A stretch of DNA of 64,000 bases from Azolla caroliniana (taxonomy: Eukaryota > Plantae > Polypodiophyta). Where the stretch lies: positions 1,240,001 to 1,304,000 of the forward strand of contig JBHGNT010000004.1 in assembly GCA_043228905.1 (NCBI GenBank), read 5' to 3'. Positions within the stretch are counted from its first letter, which is position 1; the number at the start of each line of letters is the position of its first letter. Made by a program: the position numbers and the translations under genes. Positions 38,431-53,685 of the stretch are shown here, piece by piece. The notes under the pieces were generated by a model that had not been told where the DNA came from, did no database searches, and saw only the letters and a list, made by a program, of their open reading frames with translations.

Positions 38431-39876
38431 AAATATACCCTTCAATCTAAAACTAGCTATTGTTAAAACTAAAATATGGCAATTAGTAAGTAGCATTACG
38501 ATTTGGTATATTCGGAAAGCAAGGTGCTTGAAGGTATTCCAAAATGTGACATAAATGCTTACGGTCTACCCAAACAACCTCTAGAATTCGGACAAAGATT
38601 TTGTATAATCTCAGCGGTTGTTTTGGTAATATAAAAGGCAATACCCAACCAACAAGATTGCAACAACTGTAATTGCATGCCATATTGGACACATGTATAT
38701 CTTATTAGCAGCTTTTCAATAAGATGGAGTAGTTTTACTCGAGATTGAAACATTTATTCAAGGGGGAGGTAGGTATCATGTGTATAAAGTAATTTCTTGT
38801 ACAACCCTAAGGCGATTTCTTAATACTAATGTATTATATTTTTTATGCAAAAATAAATAAATAAATCTTTTTTTTAGAGGGGTTTATTCGCCCATTGGAC
38901 GAAAGCTAAATCCCAAAAAATATATTTAAAAAGCATTTTTTAAAGCATATCCTCCCTCAAAAAAAAATGCTTAAATAAAGATATTTATTTTATTTTTATT
39001 TCAATTTGATAAATTGGCTTTTATTCAATATTTTATAGAGGCATTTTTGTTATTATGTTATTCCATTGTATTAATATTTATTTGCTGTATATTTTTATGT
39101 GTATGGAACGGAGAGGTTATCCATGGGTCATGGACATTGGATGGTCATGTATCGTCAAGTGATGAAGTAGCCTTCAAAAGCAATGACATAACCAATCTAA
39201 ACGGGCCACTTGCCTAAAGCATATAGTCACGGACTTAAAAATAGAGCCTTAATGTCATTATCTAAAAACCACACCACGTTTGGCGTGGACTAAAATATAG
39301 ACATTTTTGCACTAATAGAAATGCAAACTAAAAACATAAAGTGTATCTAAACACAAAAATTAGGTGTGACCTATATTAAAAATATATAATTTATGAATAA
39401 CAAAGTCAGCAAATAGATATCGATTATGGTAGACAAAGCTCTTTCGTAAAATTGAAAAATGGTTCTAATTATGTGTTCACAAATCCAATGTTTTGTTTTC
39501 TGCGATGAAGCCCACCCCTGAGGACATGTTGAAGTTGCTCAAGCAATGGGTTTCAAAAACCCTTTCAACTCAAAGAATAAATAGTGTTCCAAACTTTTCC
39601 GTTACAAAAGACGGCCATGTTTAGACATTGTGAACATATACCATTGGAAGAACACATATTTTCAAAGGGTGCCATTAGGAAAATACTAGAAGCATCGATA
39701 CTAACATCAGGTACAAAAGAAAAGTCACAGTATCATCATATGCACAATGTTACATATATAACAAGGAATGAATTTATGTGTAAATTACTATTTTGACATG
39801 TGATGAGTTGATATTTGAAACCCTCTGCTTTTTTATATCAGGATATACAAAATATGTATGGATGAAACCCTTTCAA

Positions 39877-42800
39877 TCATTTATCTGAATCTTCAGTATC
39901 CATCTCTTTGCTATCTTTTTCGTCCTGCGAAGAATCTGTAGATGAAATCGTTGCATCATTTTTCGTTTTGGAGAGCTTCTTGTCAAACTCTAATAACTCT
40001 ATTTCAGAGAGATCTTGTTCGACAAGAGGATTTTGGAACCCCTCCTTTGGCTAAAGAACAAGACAATCATAGTTAGGAGAAAAATTACATTTTATAGAAA
40101 ATGGATAAAGAAAGACTCGGAGAAAAGTTCAGACTATAACTGGAAAGCTCGTTCCCGGTATCTCTGGGGTTTCTTTGTTTCCAAGTCGTTTTAATCCATC
40201 TAGATTAAGTTCTATGGTGCCCATCTGGATTCCCATTTCTATCTGAAATGTTATTTGCAACAATTGAGAGGAAACTCACTTGTTCTCCATGATAAATACA
40301 CACATACAAATACATTCTTGCATGTTAAAAACACTACAATGTGCTGTGGACATATTCAAATGTGAAGGATACCAAAGCCTAAAAAATAGATTTAACAAAC
40401 ACATGAAAGTACTGCTGAAATTCATCCACAATATGTGACGGGTCTTGGTGTTTTGAGCCTTCAAGATTTCTAATTAATTAAACAAAAAACAACGCTTTGG
40501 ATGGTAAAATCTGATTAAGTGATGTCACAATACGATTAAAATTCACAAATCGTTTTCTGTCTTTCAAAATCGTAAATAAGTCGGAGACATTTTTACCTGG
40601 ATGTGTGCAATGCAAGCTGCATAGCTTAAAATTAACAACCAATTTTCATCCGCTGAAAATGAAAACCCACTCCTGCAACAAAAGGGGTAAGTTTCAATCT
40701 ATAAATCCAATTATGAAAATAATGAGAATATTTTAAGCGTCAACAGGTGAAACCTTCAAATATTATATCGCATCAAGAGTATTCATACCTAACATATGGA
40801 GCTAGATATACTGATGCATATAAGAGATATCGTTGTTCAGAAGTATCTAGCCATGCAAAGATCCAACACTGCATGAAAAAGGGCATTTTATGTCATTCTA
40901 GGCAAGACTGCTAACCACATATAGGCTGTATATCACATTGTCATTATTTGCATTTTTCTGAACACAAGTACCACTTTTTGACCGAGGTTTTTGATATTAT
41001 AAAAAATACAAGGGGCAGGGGGAGGCAGGAGTATTATTGCTTATATTACCCTATGAGGGATACTTTTTGATATTTTCTGTTAAAACAATATATTATGGGA
41101 TGAAAAAAGCAAAAAGAAAACTGTGCTCTAATTTACATAGCTTCTTCTCTATATGGCAATAATAATATAAATTAGAAAAATAAGAAGACATACCAACCAA
41201 TTGAAAATAGGAATGAAACTAATGATTGTCATGGCCCCATTGCGCACATCATCGGAACCAAGGGGAGAACCTTTGGGGTTGTGATTGGTTCCTTCTTCTT
41301 TCTTTGTGTATACCAAAGAACTTAAAATGCACGCACCGATCGCGATGATAAATGGTGCATCTTCAGATGTTAGTGCCTGACAGATACCTTGATTTCGATT
41401 GATCTGCAATGCATAACAATAACATTATATCAAACACACATGTTTTTAATAGGGCTGCCTTTATGTGTGGGATTCTCACAATAGCATAACTGTTTCACAC
41501 ATTTTTCATACACTGATTTGTTAACAATAATTATAGAGCAATTAAGATTAAAAGATTCATGGTTTATAGCACATTGTATGGATGAGTGGAATTTTAAAGT
41601 CATAGTTGATGAAATTGTCATTTTGCACAAGTGCAAGCCGGTTTTAGGCGGTGGAATTCAGCAACATTGACACCATATGGTTGCTACAAGTTAAGTGCCC
41701 ATGCCCATGCCTTCATCAATCATGCTACGTACAGCAGGTACTTCACAATCAGTGTGTTCAAAACACAATAATAGTTTCAGCATTGATAGATCGCCTCCCT
41801 TCTGGTACTCCTTGGATTCACCATCTCAAACGACACTGATGCACTCAAAGATTAGTACAGTCATCGGGCAAGACATCACTCAGCTAAAGACTAGGAAAAC
41901 ATGAATAGAATCTAAGCAGGAGTTAGTCACAAAGATGGCTTTTGTTGAGGCTATCTTTTTCACATCACCAAGGATGGTTATAGTGTGTCCTGGACCTATA
42001 TACAGATATGCATCTGTCTTATAGATTGAGATGCACCATTAAACATATGAACACCTCATCATATCAGGTGGAGAGATTGGTAGTGCCTGTACCTCCCGAA
42101 CAGAGGGTATGGCTGTTATGCCATACAATGCAATGAGCACAATTAAGTATGCTGCTGTACAGTTTACAATGAGATCCAAGAAAGTTTCCGCAATCTCTTT
42201 AGAGAGGGATTTGGACCATTCTCTCACGTCATGAACTTTTATGGTTACTTATGCTTGGGTATATTTTTACTAGAGATCCCAAAATTTAAAGATAAAGAGT
42301 CTCTATAAGGAGTACACAGCCAGAAAACGCATGTACAAATGCAGATATTAGACTTCTTCGGAAGGGCATGCCCAAACATCTAAGAGGAGTAAACACAACC
42401 AGGACCTCATAGCGGGGTATCGCTTGGCTTGGGCAGTTCATTTGGCTCACTCCTGACACCCATGAATACATGGTTTTTCATATAGAATACATAACCTGCA
42501 TTGGAGGATACACGGTATCACTACCTAAGGTCAAGCACTATCTGATAGGCAGTTAATCACAGGGTACATTGATGCCCATCCTATGAGAGTGTTCATGGCC
42601 TATCCACTCCTAGATATGCATTTATTGTATGCATATTCGCCTCCATATTACTTGTTCCCATGGTACCTACATCATTGTATCTTGTAGTTACTTAGGACAG
42701 CTACCTAGTTTAGGTACAATACAAATTTGATATATTTTTCAAGACTTACACAAGGTTCACATTATGTAACTTCTAGTCTTATAGGTCACATTATATTTTG

Positions 42801-45800
42801 AAAATGTAGTATAACATTTCAGTTTTCATGATAGTAGGAGAATGCTAGTTGTAGGTTTTACTTTTTCTTGTGCCCCTACTTATATTATGATAGTAGGAGA
42901 ACACTGTGTACATCCGTTCTGTTCTATAGTCATTTTTCTCGTCTCCAGAGGACTTCTTGTATGCTCTTTTTATCTCGTGGATCATACTTGATCTCCAAGG
43001 ACAACAAAATTTATGTATACCTCTATCTCTGCTGGGGGACAGACACTGATCTCTTTCTCTCCCAGATGTCATTAACATCTGAAACTCTTTCATTCACGAT
43101 GTAGAGCTTCAAAGGAAGGCATGGCCCTAATTCTATATCTAGGTTATATATAAGTCTTGTATTTTTGTATATGTTTGACACATGCATCATATTGCTTCTC
43201 ATTGTGTCTAAGTTCCCATTCAGAAACATTTATTTTTACGGAATTTCTCCACTTACCAGTTACAACACCATGATTGAATCTATGATGGCAATGACGTGCT
43301 TTCTACCTTAAGATTTTTACTTTAGAATATTCAAACCCCTTTCAGTTTCTACAGGGTTCATGACTACTCTCTGCGTTGTTTCTTTCACAGTGTTGGTCTC
43401 ACATCTTGGCATCACATTATCATTTATGTGTACTCTCAACTTCCTTTTCCATGAATTGTATGCGTAAATTCTGAGATACATTTCCACTTGGGTTATCCAC
43501 CTATGTGAAGTCACACTTCCATCAAGGTTCTTGAGCCTTATGAACATTCTTCTTTATCACTCCTCGTCTGGAACTATTTTCACAAATCCGTGCCTAATCC
43601 AATCTTCCATTCAGTGATAACAAAGAATGCAAAAGTGGCCAAAGGAGACATGATGAAACCATTGTTGCCCAATGCCTACTCAATTAGAATCAGAAGTTTA
43701 ACATAAGATCAGCAGTTCTTCCATGAAGATGCAACTCCAACATGATCATTTCACACAAGCAGTTGACCCTTGGTACAATTCCTTTATCTTTTCTAATTCC
43801 CCTTATGCGATTTCTTTATGTTTTGTTTTTATGTTGATTGAACTTGATATGAGCTTTTGTTAAGAGGGTTTTAATTCTCTCTATGCTTAATGGGCAAATA
43901 TTATTGCTTATCACCTGATTTCATTTACATTATAGTGAACACTTTCTAGTGAATGAGCCTTCTTTTCAGCCAATGTTTGTCTTCATGTTTCAAGATTTCT
44001 TCAGCTCAGATGGACGTGCCATTTATATAAAGCTTTATAAATGTTTCACAATCATTTTATATGACAATGTAATTTTCAATGAAAATACCTTGATGATCAA
44101 ATTTTGAAGTTTCAGAATCTGCAATATTTTGTTTCCATATGGTTTATTTCATAAGAAGGTTTTTTGTTATTTGTTATTATGCACGAGTTTCCTTTAGCTC
44201 TAATGGACATGCCATTTGTATGAAGCTTTACATATGAGTTACAATGACCATTTCATATGATGATGTATTTTTCAACCAAAATACCTTGATGATCAAGTTT
44301 TAAACCTTTCGTATGTGCAATAGTTGGTTTCCATATGGTTTATTTCATAAGAAAAGTTCTTTATAATTTGCTATTCAGCTTAATTTTATGAGCACTTTGG
44401 ATGAACATTACAAGTTCCTCCAAGACCCCACAGAAATTTCTACACCAACATCACTTGGCCATTCATATCACCATGTTTCTACTTTATCCATTCAGTGTCT
44501 ATTTTCACACATTCATACAGCTGATTGACACTTAAAGATTGAGATACCTCTTTCCCTGCAAATCTCTTGATGGGATTCATTGGGTTCTTTCGTGAACCAT
44601 CCTTCGTGTTGCACATAACTCCAATACTCATGAATGTAGCTAAGTGCACAAAAACTACTTATGTTGAATAATGTATATGTTTCAAACTTTCTCTTGAATC
44701 CCTAGATAAATCTGACTCATGGGATGATGAATGTCTTTCTAGGAGAGCCCAACTGTAGTGTGAGGTTATGGTCAAGTAAGACAATGTGAATAATACAATG
44801 CTTCTGTATAATTTGGTTAATCATGAAATTACTATTTTCACATTATCTAGAATGAACCTATGATAGAATCCAAATATATCGAGGAATATATGCAAAGGTT
44901 CACAGAAAAAATCATTCCTTTACTTCATCAAAAGTAAGGGTAAATTCCAGCACAATATTTGAAACTTCGATTGGTATTTTGGATTTCAAATGAATCCTAG
45001 GATTTTTCATAAATTCCAAAGATGAAACTCAACATAGTGCCTAAAGTTACACATATTATATTATATACAGAGTGAGATAGATTCTTTCAAGTAATTGGGC
45101 AAATTAAGGTTCCTTAATAGATGTGAAACTTTATCACTGAATGCAAAGCTTCATATGAAACCTTTCAGCTCAGTCCAGACCCAAATATATGTCAACAAAT
45201 GTGCAAAGACATAGCCAAACATGCTGAAATCTATGTACTGAGACACACCTATCTACTTCTGCATGTATGCATATATAAAAACACAAAGATATAAACACAT
45301 GGACGTTTGCATATAGATATGCTCATCCATATGCAAATAGAGATCTACACATTCTGGAGACCATGTAGTAGGCATACATTTACATAGAAATGTCAAGCCA
45401 CATACGATAAATATTTTAATTTCGTAAAACAGGGCTTTATTGTAAGCGTGTTAAAAACAACCAGAGTTTTCAAGTGGATATACGTACATATCTACACATA
45501 TACATAGAATACATATAGATACGCATATGTACACATGTACACATATAGAGAACGGGGCTTTATTGTAAGTGTGTTAAAAACAACCAGAGTTTTCAAGTGG
45601 ATATAAGAACAGAGTCCAGACATCAACCAAGAACTAGAGAAATCAACACGACAGACCTTTAAGGGCTTACTTGGTTTTAGTGGGAATATAGACACTCTAT
45701 GATGACGATGATGATGATGACATCTCTGCAGCCCTGGAAGCTTATAACTTGCGGGGGAGTTTCCATTAATCTACAAAGAAAACAAAACAAAGGGGGGGGA

Positions 45801-45924
45801 GGGGGGGTCTTTGAATCAAACCCATTAAGTGAGATTGAGACAAAAGATGCAGAAACATAAGACTCACACTCAGTCTGACGATGTCTATTTTGGCCACTGG
45901 TAATGCTCTCCACAGGTTCAGCAT
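39877..45924 (-). CDS. Uncharacterised membrane protein (AT5G41960-like), probably plastid-targeted
   Basis: Exons 45924-45868, 45770-45657, 41403-41194, 40868-40789, 40672-40597, 40242-~40141 and 40050-39877. The core AMTIISFIPIFNWLCWIFAWLDT..RYLLYASVYLAPY..ENWL..IAHIQIE resembles this plant family. The N-terminal exons and the penultimate donor are less certain. Confidence 0.75.
41700..44800 (-). mobile_element. Old L1-like LINE remnant filling the 4.25-kb intron
   Basis: Scattered minus-strand traces in L1 order: RGLNIL (endonuclease start, ~43330), VSNIY (~43170) and an AY..VD-like motif (~42610). Heavily disrupted; boundaries are approximate. Confidence 0.4.
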
Positions 45925-47596
45925 GGCAACAAAGGGTATAGTACAAAGTCCAGAGGGCAGAACAGAGTATGTATGAAACAAAGTGAATGGATCAGGAAAA
46001 CAGAGTATGTATGTACAATACAATATATATTATGTATGGGAACAGAGCATGTATGTACATATGAGAACTTAGAAGCATGAAATTTGAATATATCTCATGA
46101 TTAAAGTCATATTATTGGTGGTTTCTTCTGTTCCATCATTTGGCCATCAAATAATACATAGAATGAGGGGGTTAAAAAACACAAACAAATCTTCTTCGAG
46201 GCGGTGCATTTTCGCACTTCTCTCACTGATGTTGAATAATCCTCATTCTTTATCTCAACTTCTAGACTAAGGTCACGGCCATGTAACCCCTACGAATGAG
46301 GAAAATATTTTCTTCGTGTAGGAACTACCCCTTATTTGGTGGGCATACATACATACATACACTCATTCACTCACTCACATCTTGTTGATACACACCCACT
46401 AACATTGCACATTTTATCATTATATAAATCTTGTAATCGTTGAGGAGTGAATCATTTATAATTTACAAGCATGGCCTCACAATATTGGTCAAACATAAGG
46501 TTCATGCTCCAAGGTTGTGTCTTTCATTTTTGAGCATTGTAGTCTAGTATCCAATTGGTGATATGTTTCACAAACTTCCCACAAGTCGTTTTATCTAATC
46601 ATGGAACACAGGTTGAATTTTTGCTTTTATTTAGGGTTTGCATATTTTGGACATTATTAACAAAAGCATTTCAAATCTATAAGAATTCATTTTCTTTGAA
46701 TACATTTGTTAGAGGTGCTTGAAGTCCATTCTATGGGTGCATGTAAAAACAATGCTCGTACACGGTGCTTTACATGTAATGAAGACCTGTTTTCTATCAC
46801 AACACTTGCTAACCTTATTTGTTATTCACAAAACCTTTCTCCCAATAAGTTATTAGAAGTGTGTTAATAATAGTAAAGGTACATCATTTGAGAGAGTTCT
46901 CAAGGCATGATGAATTAGTTGCATAACAATAATTGTGTACAAGAATTAACATCCAAATTTGGGTCATTTGCCAAGGATAGCAACATAATAATCCACAAAG
47001 CAGTCCATAGAAAATAACTCCTCAATATCCACACATTGTGTTCACACAATTGCACTCGGTTTTTTCTTTTGAGAATATGTTGCTATGTACTTTTGGTAGT
47101 CCCAGTCCAAGACATGCTAGTAAAGCTTCACAAGCATATACAGATTGATAAGAATAAGTTATACACTAAATACTAGATGCTCATTAGGATCATACAATTT
47201 CAAATCCATCGAATTTCGTAAGGTTATACAAAAGCAAAGTTGAATGTCTCTTAAAAGTGATACAAGGAAAAGGGGGTTTGTTAGCATAATGAGCGACTAT
47301 GGGCAAAACTCATGAAGAGGGTTTTCTGGATGACCACATAAATCCAGATAAACAAATAGAGATTACCAAAAATTCATCTCATTAAACTGCATCAAAACAA
47401 TGGGGAACCCATGGAAGTGTAGATTTTCTTCAGCATGACGAGAAAAGTTAGTTACCCATGTTTGTGTAAGTCGGTTAGTTATCCATGATTCACTTTCATT
47501 AATAGAAGGAAACAAAAAGAAAAAAAGGGCTGAAGGATATAGACATCTCATTGCATCAAAGAAAAAAAAAATGTAGTGATGGAAGACATCAATTAG

Positions 47597-50500
47597 TTAG
47601 CATGATGAAACAGGGCTACCGATGGATGGAGGGCTTGGGAGAGCATCAATTGGGCTTGACGGGTGTGGATATGGTACTGGACTCGATGGGCTACTACCAA
47701 GACCAGGAACTGGACTACTTGCTGGAACAGGGCTGCTGCTTGCTGGACTTGTATTTGCAATCGGACTTGTTGAAGCTGAAACAGGGCTCTTGTAGTCCCA
47801 TATGAATATGGCTCCTTCCTCTCCAACCGATACCACACGATGTTGATCAGGACTGATCTTTACCTATGTAAAAATTCAACCACAAAACAGTTATGCATGC
47901 ATTGGATGTATGTGTGAATCTGCAGTATGTATGAATGTGATGCTTGTATGTACATATGCTAAACCCTAAACCCATATATGCATACATGCATACTTACATA
48001 CATACATCAATCAAGTAAGTTTGGCATGTGTAAGATGAAGAGTTTGGAATGGATAATGATATTTGAATTCATTCACTACTATGATGGAGCAATAACCGCT
48101 CATCGAACTACTGAGAAGATTTACCTTGACTACTGGCTCACTATGTCCACGACCGACAAAATAGCAATGCCCCTCATCATAATTCCATAGCTTGACTTCC
48201 CTGTCTGCTCCACCACTTACAAATGCCATTCCATCAGGACTGATGTCAATTGAGGTCACTTCAGCTGAGAGAGAACCATCTATAACTCTGATTGCATTAC
48301 AGTCATATGCATCCCAGTACGTAATCTACAGAAATACAGTAAAAACAAGATTTAATATTTGAGAATATCTTTCCTTCAAAAAGAGAATATTGGTAATGAA
48401 CAAAATTTAAACTCAAACTCACCTTCCTGTCAGTACCCGTTGTTAAAAACTGGCTCTCATCAGGATGATAGAAAGCCGACTTGAAGAAAGTTGATGCAAA
48501 AAGACTATTATTTCGAGTATATCTCTGCAAAACCAAGAGAACAAAAAGGAGTATCAACACAAATGAAGAGATTCATATGTACATATACATAAAAGCATCA
48601 AATTTGTATGCCCTAAGCATGGAATGCATTTAGCTTCTTGACTTCATTTTACATGCAGGACATATCTCTTATATGATTTGGAAAATACCCCTTTGTTTTT
48701 TCTGATCGCCCAAATCTCCTATTTTTTCATTATTTCCCCAAATGCCTTTGGCCAACCCCCCAAACGAGAAATTATATGCATGCTATTTTCTCCCAAAAGT
48801 ATAAAGTTAATTAGACACCCCATTTTTCTCTCTTTCTGGGGTTGAACAAGGGTGATTAGGGAAATAAATGTTAAATACATTTGGGGGAATAATGGAAAAA
48901 CTCAGTGTATATCAGTCTAATAATACTATTACTATCCAAGAAAAAACATTTTTTTAATATCAAAAAACATTGGTGGGCATGTCTGAGAGATACTTTGTGC
49001 TATTCAATCATTATAAACATACTTTATCCCAAACCACATCCATAGAGAATCGTTTCTTGTGATATTCAGTTAATATAAACATGAAACACGTATCAGCCTT
49101 GTCATCATGTTACTCATGTTAAAGAAAAAAGCAAAAGTTTCAAAGCAGATTACTAACCGAAAGGTCCCAGATAATACATGACCCATCATTGCTTGAGCTG
49201 ATACATTCACTATCATTTTTTCGCACCTAGCATACACATTGATCTCAAGTTTAGTTTTGGGTTCTACATTATGCATCTGTATGGTACACGTATTCAAATC
49301 ATTCAAATCTTATTAGCCAATAAAGCTGGAGATCTAGGGAGCATTAATTTTCATTCTATTATTATACATTTTGGTCATTTTCCCATTATTATTGTGCTTC
49401 TCCCATTGCAGGTACAAATTTTCTGAACCTGGATTGAGTTTATTTGTGCTTTGTGCTCTTTCATGTTCACTAGCATACAGTGGCTTTGTGGCCCAATTTT
49501 CCACACTCTAACCTGCATTCAAACAAATTCTTAGCATTTATATTAAAAGAAAATAATGGACTTTTCTTTTTATTTTAAGTCTCATTTTCTTCTTCTGATG
49601 TAAGCAAAATTACCTGTCCCTCTTTTCCACCACTAACAATTCTAGTACTATCTGATGTTCCATAAATTGCTGTAACTCCCTGCAGACCATGAATGTAATA
49701 AATAAATATTAACTTATAGAGTTTTCAGACCTTAAACTGTACCAAATGAAAGCTTTCCTTTCCGCTCTTTTTTTAAATTCTGGAAAGGGCAAAATACACA
49801 AATCCTTACTGTAACATGTGCATCTAGAATTGTATACAAAAGCTTTCCCGATTGTGGACCAAAAGCTCTTATTTTGCCATCACTCCAACCACTAATGATC
49901 GATTTTCCATCCGGCATAAAGCAAATACAAAGGCAAGTCTGATTAGCAACCTGTAAAACCACAAAGACATATTACATTTCCTTTAGTTCCCCTCTCAAGA
50001 GAGATAATAGTATCACAATCTAGCATAATTGTCATGCTAAATCTGATCTGATCTGTTGTTTGTAGTTTTAGGTTATTGTACACTAGGTCATTGACACACA
50101 CATATATTAGCAGCCATGTTCAATTGGGAGAATATGGGAGATTACGTCCTCAAATTTAAAGATTCATTTGATTGATTCACTTATCATTACTTCCAAAAGC
50201 TGAATTTATCATATTAATGACTAGATATAGAAACCTTGATGCATAGCAGTTCACGTCCCTGAGTTAAATGCCAAAGACGGATGTCTTCATGTGAGCAAGT
50301 GGCAAATACTTCACTATATCCAGAAGGAAATGCAATATCATAGATCTTGTCATAGTGACAAGTGTGAATGGTCTGTACTTGCATTATGTTTCTTTTAGCA
50401 TCATACCTGTTGATAATTGAACTATGTTAAGCAAGCCATTAACATTGAACCTTAGATGGTAATGAATTGTTAATATATAAAACAAATCTATATATTTTAA

Positions 50501-53500
50501 GAAAGAGTTTGGTTTTCATATTTCTGCCCATGGTCATGATTAAGTCATTAGGTTGGAGATAAGGGTGTGAAATTATCCTCCTATGCCGATTTGGGGAAAA
50601 TTCAAAGACCACACAAATAACCCATGTCAATTATTCATTGTTTTCTTGGTTTGCATATTATCCTCATTGATCTTCATAAGGTCATTGCAAACATTGTTAG
50701 GTTAAGAGAAGCGCAGTTGAATATGCACACCACTATTCCACATACATTGTAAGTCAAACATAATCATAGGCCTCACAAAGGAACAATTTTATTGGGGGTA
50801 CTTTTTTGAATATATAGCATCCACAATGTTCCCTACATTCAAGTGAAGTATATTATTTCTATAACTTTGGCACTCCTATTATCATATCTGGTTGGATATG
50901 ACAACTTTGCCAATTGAAGGAGGACAGTATAGTTTGGATTCAAGACCCAGAACACAATAAATTTCATTGTACTCCCTCACATGTCTATTGTTCATGTATA
51001 CACACATACTACTATATGACTTGGCAGACTTCTTCCACTAGTAGCATTATTTCTTGGAAACCTTGTTTCATCAACCAAAAGCATTAATAGAGCACTACTG
51101 CTTATTTATTTATTTTGAAAAATGCTTATCTATTTATAGCTGTATTGATAATCAGTTATTACCTTACAAAATACATATTGCACGTGGATGTGCCAGCATA
51201 GAAGTCGAATGACTCTGATTTCACACTATTGGATACTGCCACAATAGAAGTCACACCCCCTTCCAATTTGGTAGAGCAAATACAGTTAAACGAATCAGCC
51301 TTAACAAGTGCAACCGTTCCATCACCACCCCCTGCCAATAGGTCTCCATTGGGAGTGGCCGCACAATACAAAATACCCATTGCAATCTTTGTATTTGGTC
51401 CGCCCCGACGATATACCTTGGGTCCAAGGCTAACCTGATCAGACACATGCATGTGAAGCTATTCATTATCATCACATAAACCAGAGAAAACATGTATGTA
51501 CATTTTCAAGTCTTCTAAAGGATAGATTCAATTATTCTTGGATAGTGAAAAAGTTTATTATTTCTTAGAGGAAATTTAAAAGAATCGGCTCTGAAACTGG
51601 ATAATTAATGTTTAAAATTGCATGAAGTCTCCTCTCACAGTAATATGAAAAAAGAACATAAATATACATTAAGATATATATTGCAATTTTAGACGTTGGC
51701 TTTTTTAAAATGCTCAATAGAATTAGTCCTTATACATAAGAGTAACTAAAATATCAACAAATTTTGCAAATCCAGAAGAAAACAAAGAATAGCTCTTGAT
51801 CATAATGGTACAGAGGCTTGAATTCTAAAGTTCAGGCTAACTTGTCCCTATTATGATTCACCTATTTATTGATCAAATGATTAGATTAATCTAGAAGCAA
51901 GCGAATTTCCAAACCTCCATTATGTCTCCAGATAAAGTGCCTGCATATACGAACTCATCCTTTGCATCAATAACCTGTTTACATGAATTTGGATATTCTT
52001 ACATACTTTTTCATTGGTGCAACACCCTCTCGAAATGACTCAAATGACAAATTGAAGAGAATTTGGATGTCCCCACAAATTATTGTGTAGATAGCTTGCA
52101 AAAGGTTGTGGGTTAATTCTCATGCAACAGATTTGATGATGGCTCATTATTAAAAAATATTTATAAATTTTCGTTTCAGATCATGTGCATCAAGAATTTG
52201 CTCCTCACTTAAAAATAGCTTTTACAGCTTACAGCCAAAAACACAAAGCATTGGCACTCTAAAACAAAGTCGGTTAGTTAACAAACTTACTATACTTAAA
52301 GTTGTTCTCCTAATACGGCCAAGATTTGTCTCTGTTGGTCGAAGTAACCGCATTGCCACATGGAAATCCCACACAGTGATTTTCATACCACCTGCAGTGA
52401 CGAGTTTGTCCTCCGTGTTGTTAAAAAACTTAACTGTCTGGGCATAATCAACAGGAACAGGGCTACCACACACTGCTTTTCCTGTTTGAACATCCCAAAC
52501 AACAAGCTTTCCATCATCCTGTCCACCTACAGATGCGAGGTAGTTTGCATCACAAGAGAAACTCAAGGCTTCCACTTTCACCTATATATTTATATACACA
52601 TATATATGCACAACAATGATGTGAAAAAAAAATCAATTGATAACTGAGGAAATGTTTATACCAGAAAAATGTTGGGTTTATACAATCTTTTTCAAAATAG
52701 TTAAAAAAAAATACCTTGTGGAGTGCCAAACGATGTATAAGTTTCCGAGATTCAACATCCCATATTATAATATCTGCTGTAAAACCCATATAGTTTACCT
52801 AATGGACATATCAAAAGCGTAGCATATCAGTTTCACCTTAGAATTAACAAACTTAGTTATAACTGAAAAGATAACAAACCAACCTGCCCTGTTGCCAAAT
52901 ATTGACCATTTTTGGACAAGCATAAACATGATACTCTGTTTCCATGCCCTTCTAAAAACTCTTGAGAACTGTTATCACTCTGAGAAAGAAAAGAACATAA
53001 AGCAGCATTGTGCATGATAGTTAGCTCCGGATCCATATACAAACTCAATGCTTCTGTTTACATTCAAATTAATAGCCATATATGATTGGCTATTATTTAG
53101 GTGTGTAAACTAAAAAATTGTAGCACAGTTGCTGATATAATATCTAGAAATTTTTATTGCTCCATTTGGGATCCGAACATACTTAATACTTATGTTTACA
53201 CACAGGTTTATATCAATACATGAACGGCTATTAGGATAACAAAACAACTTCTATCAGTATACAACCCTTGAAAATTTCACAAATGTAGACAGTTGCTGAT
53301 GTGTTTTGATATCTTTTTTTTATTAACCCTTTATATTACTGATGAAAAACCTTAAGGTGAGGTATTCCGAAATCCATAAACAAGAAAGCTGAACAGCCCC
53401 AAGGATAATAGAAGATAATCTATTCTTTTCCACTATTTGTGAACCACATTGAGAATATTGTCCACTAATGTGGCATTCTTTTGTTTTTTTGCGATTATTT

Positions 53501-53642
53501 CAAATCACATTGAAAATCTCATTCTTGCTGAATTTAATGTCAGTCCCATCGAAGCTTTATTTTCACAAGTGGCAATGTTCCTTATTGCATTTTTGTTGTG
53601 AAGCACATGGGAAGTGTATTTTAAAACTGGCACCATCTATTG

Positions 53643-53685
<43 letters not shown>

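Noticed and set aside
38460-38760. Cys/His-containing minus-strand fragments suggestive of a SWIM/MULE remnant
   Set aside because: The motif is incomplete and split across frames, so it cannot be supported by eye.
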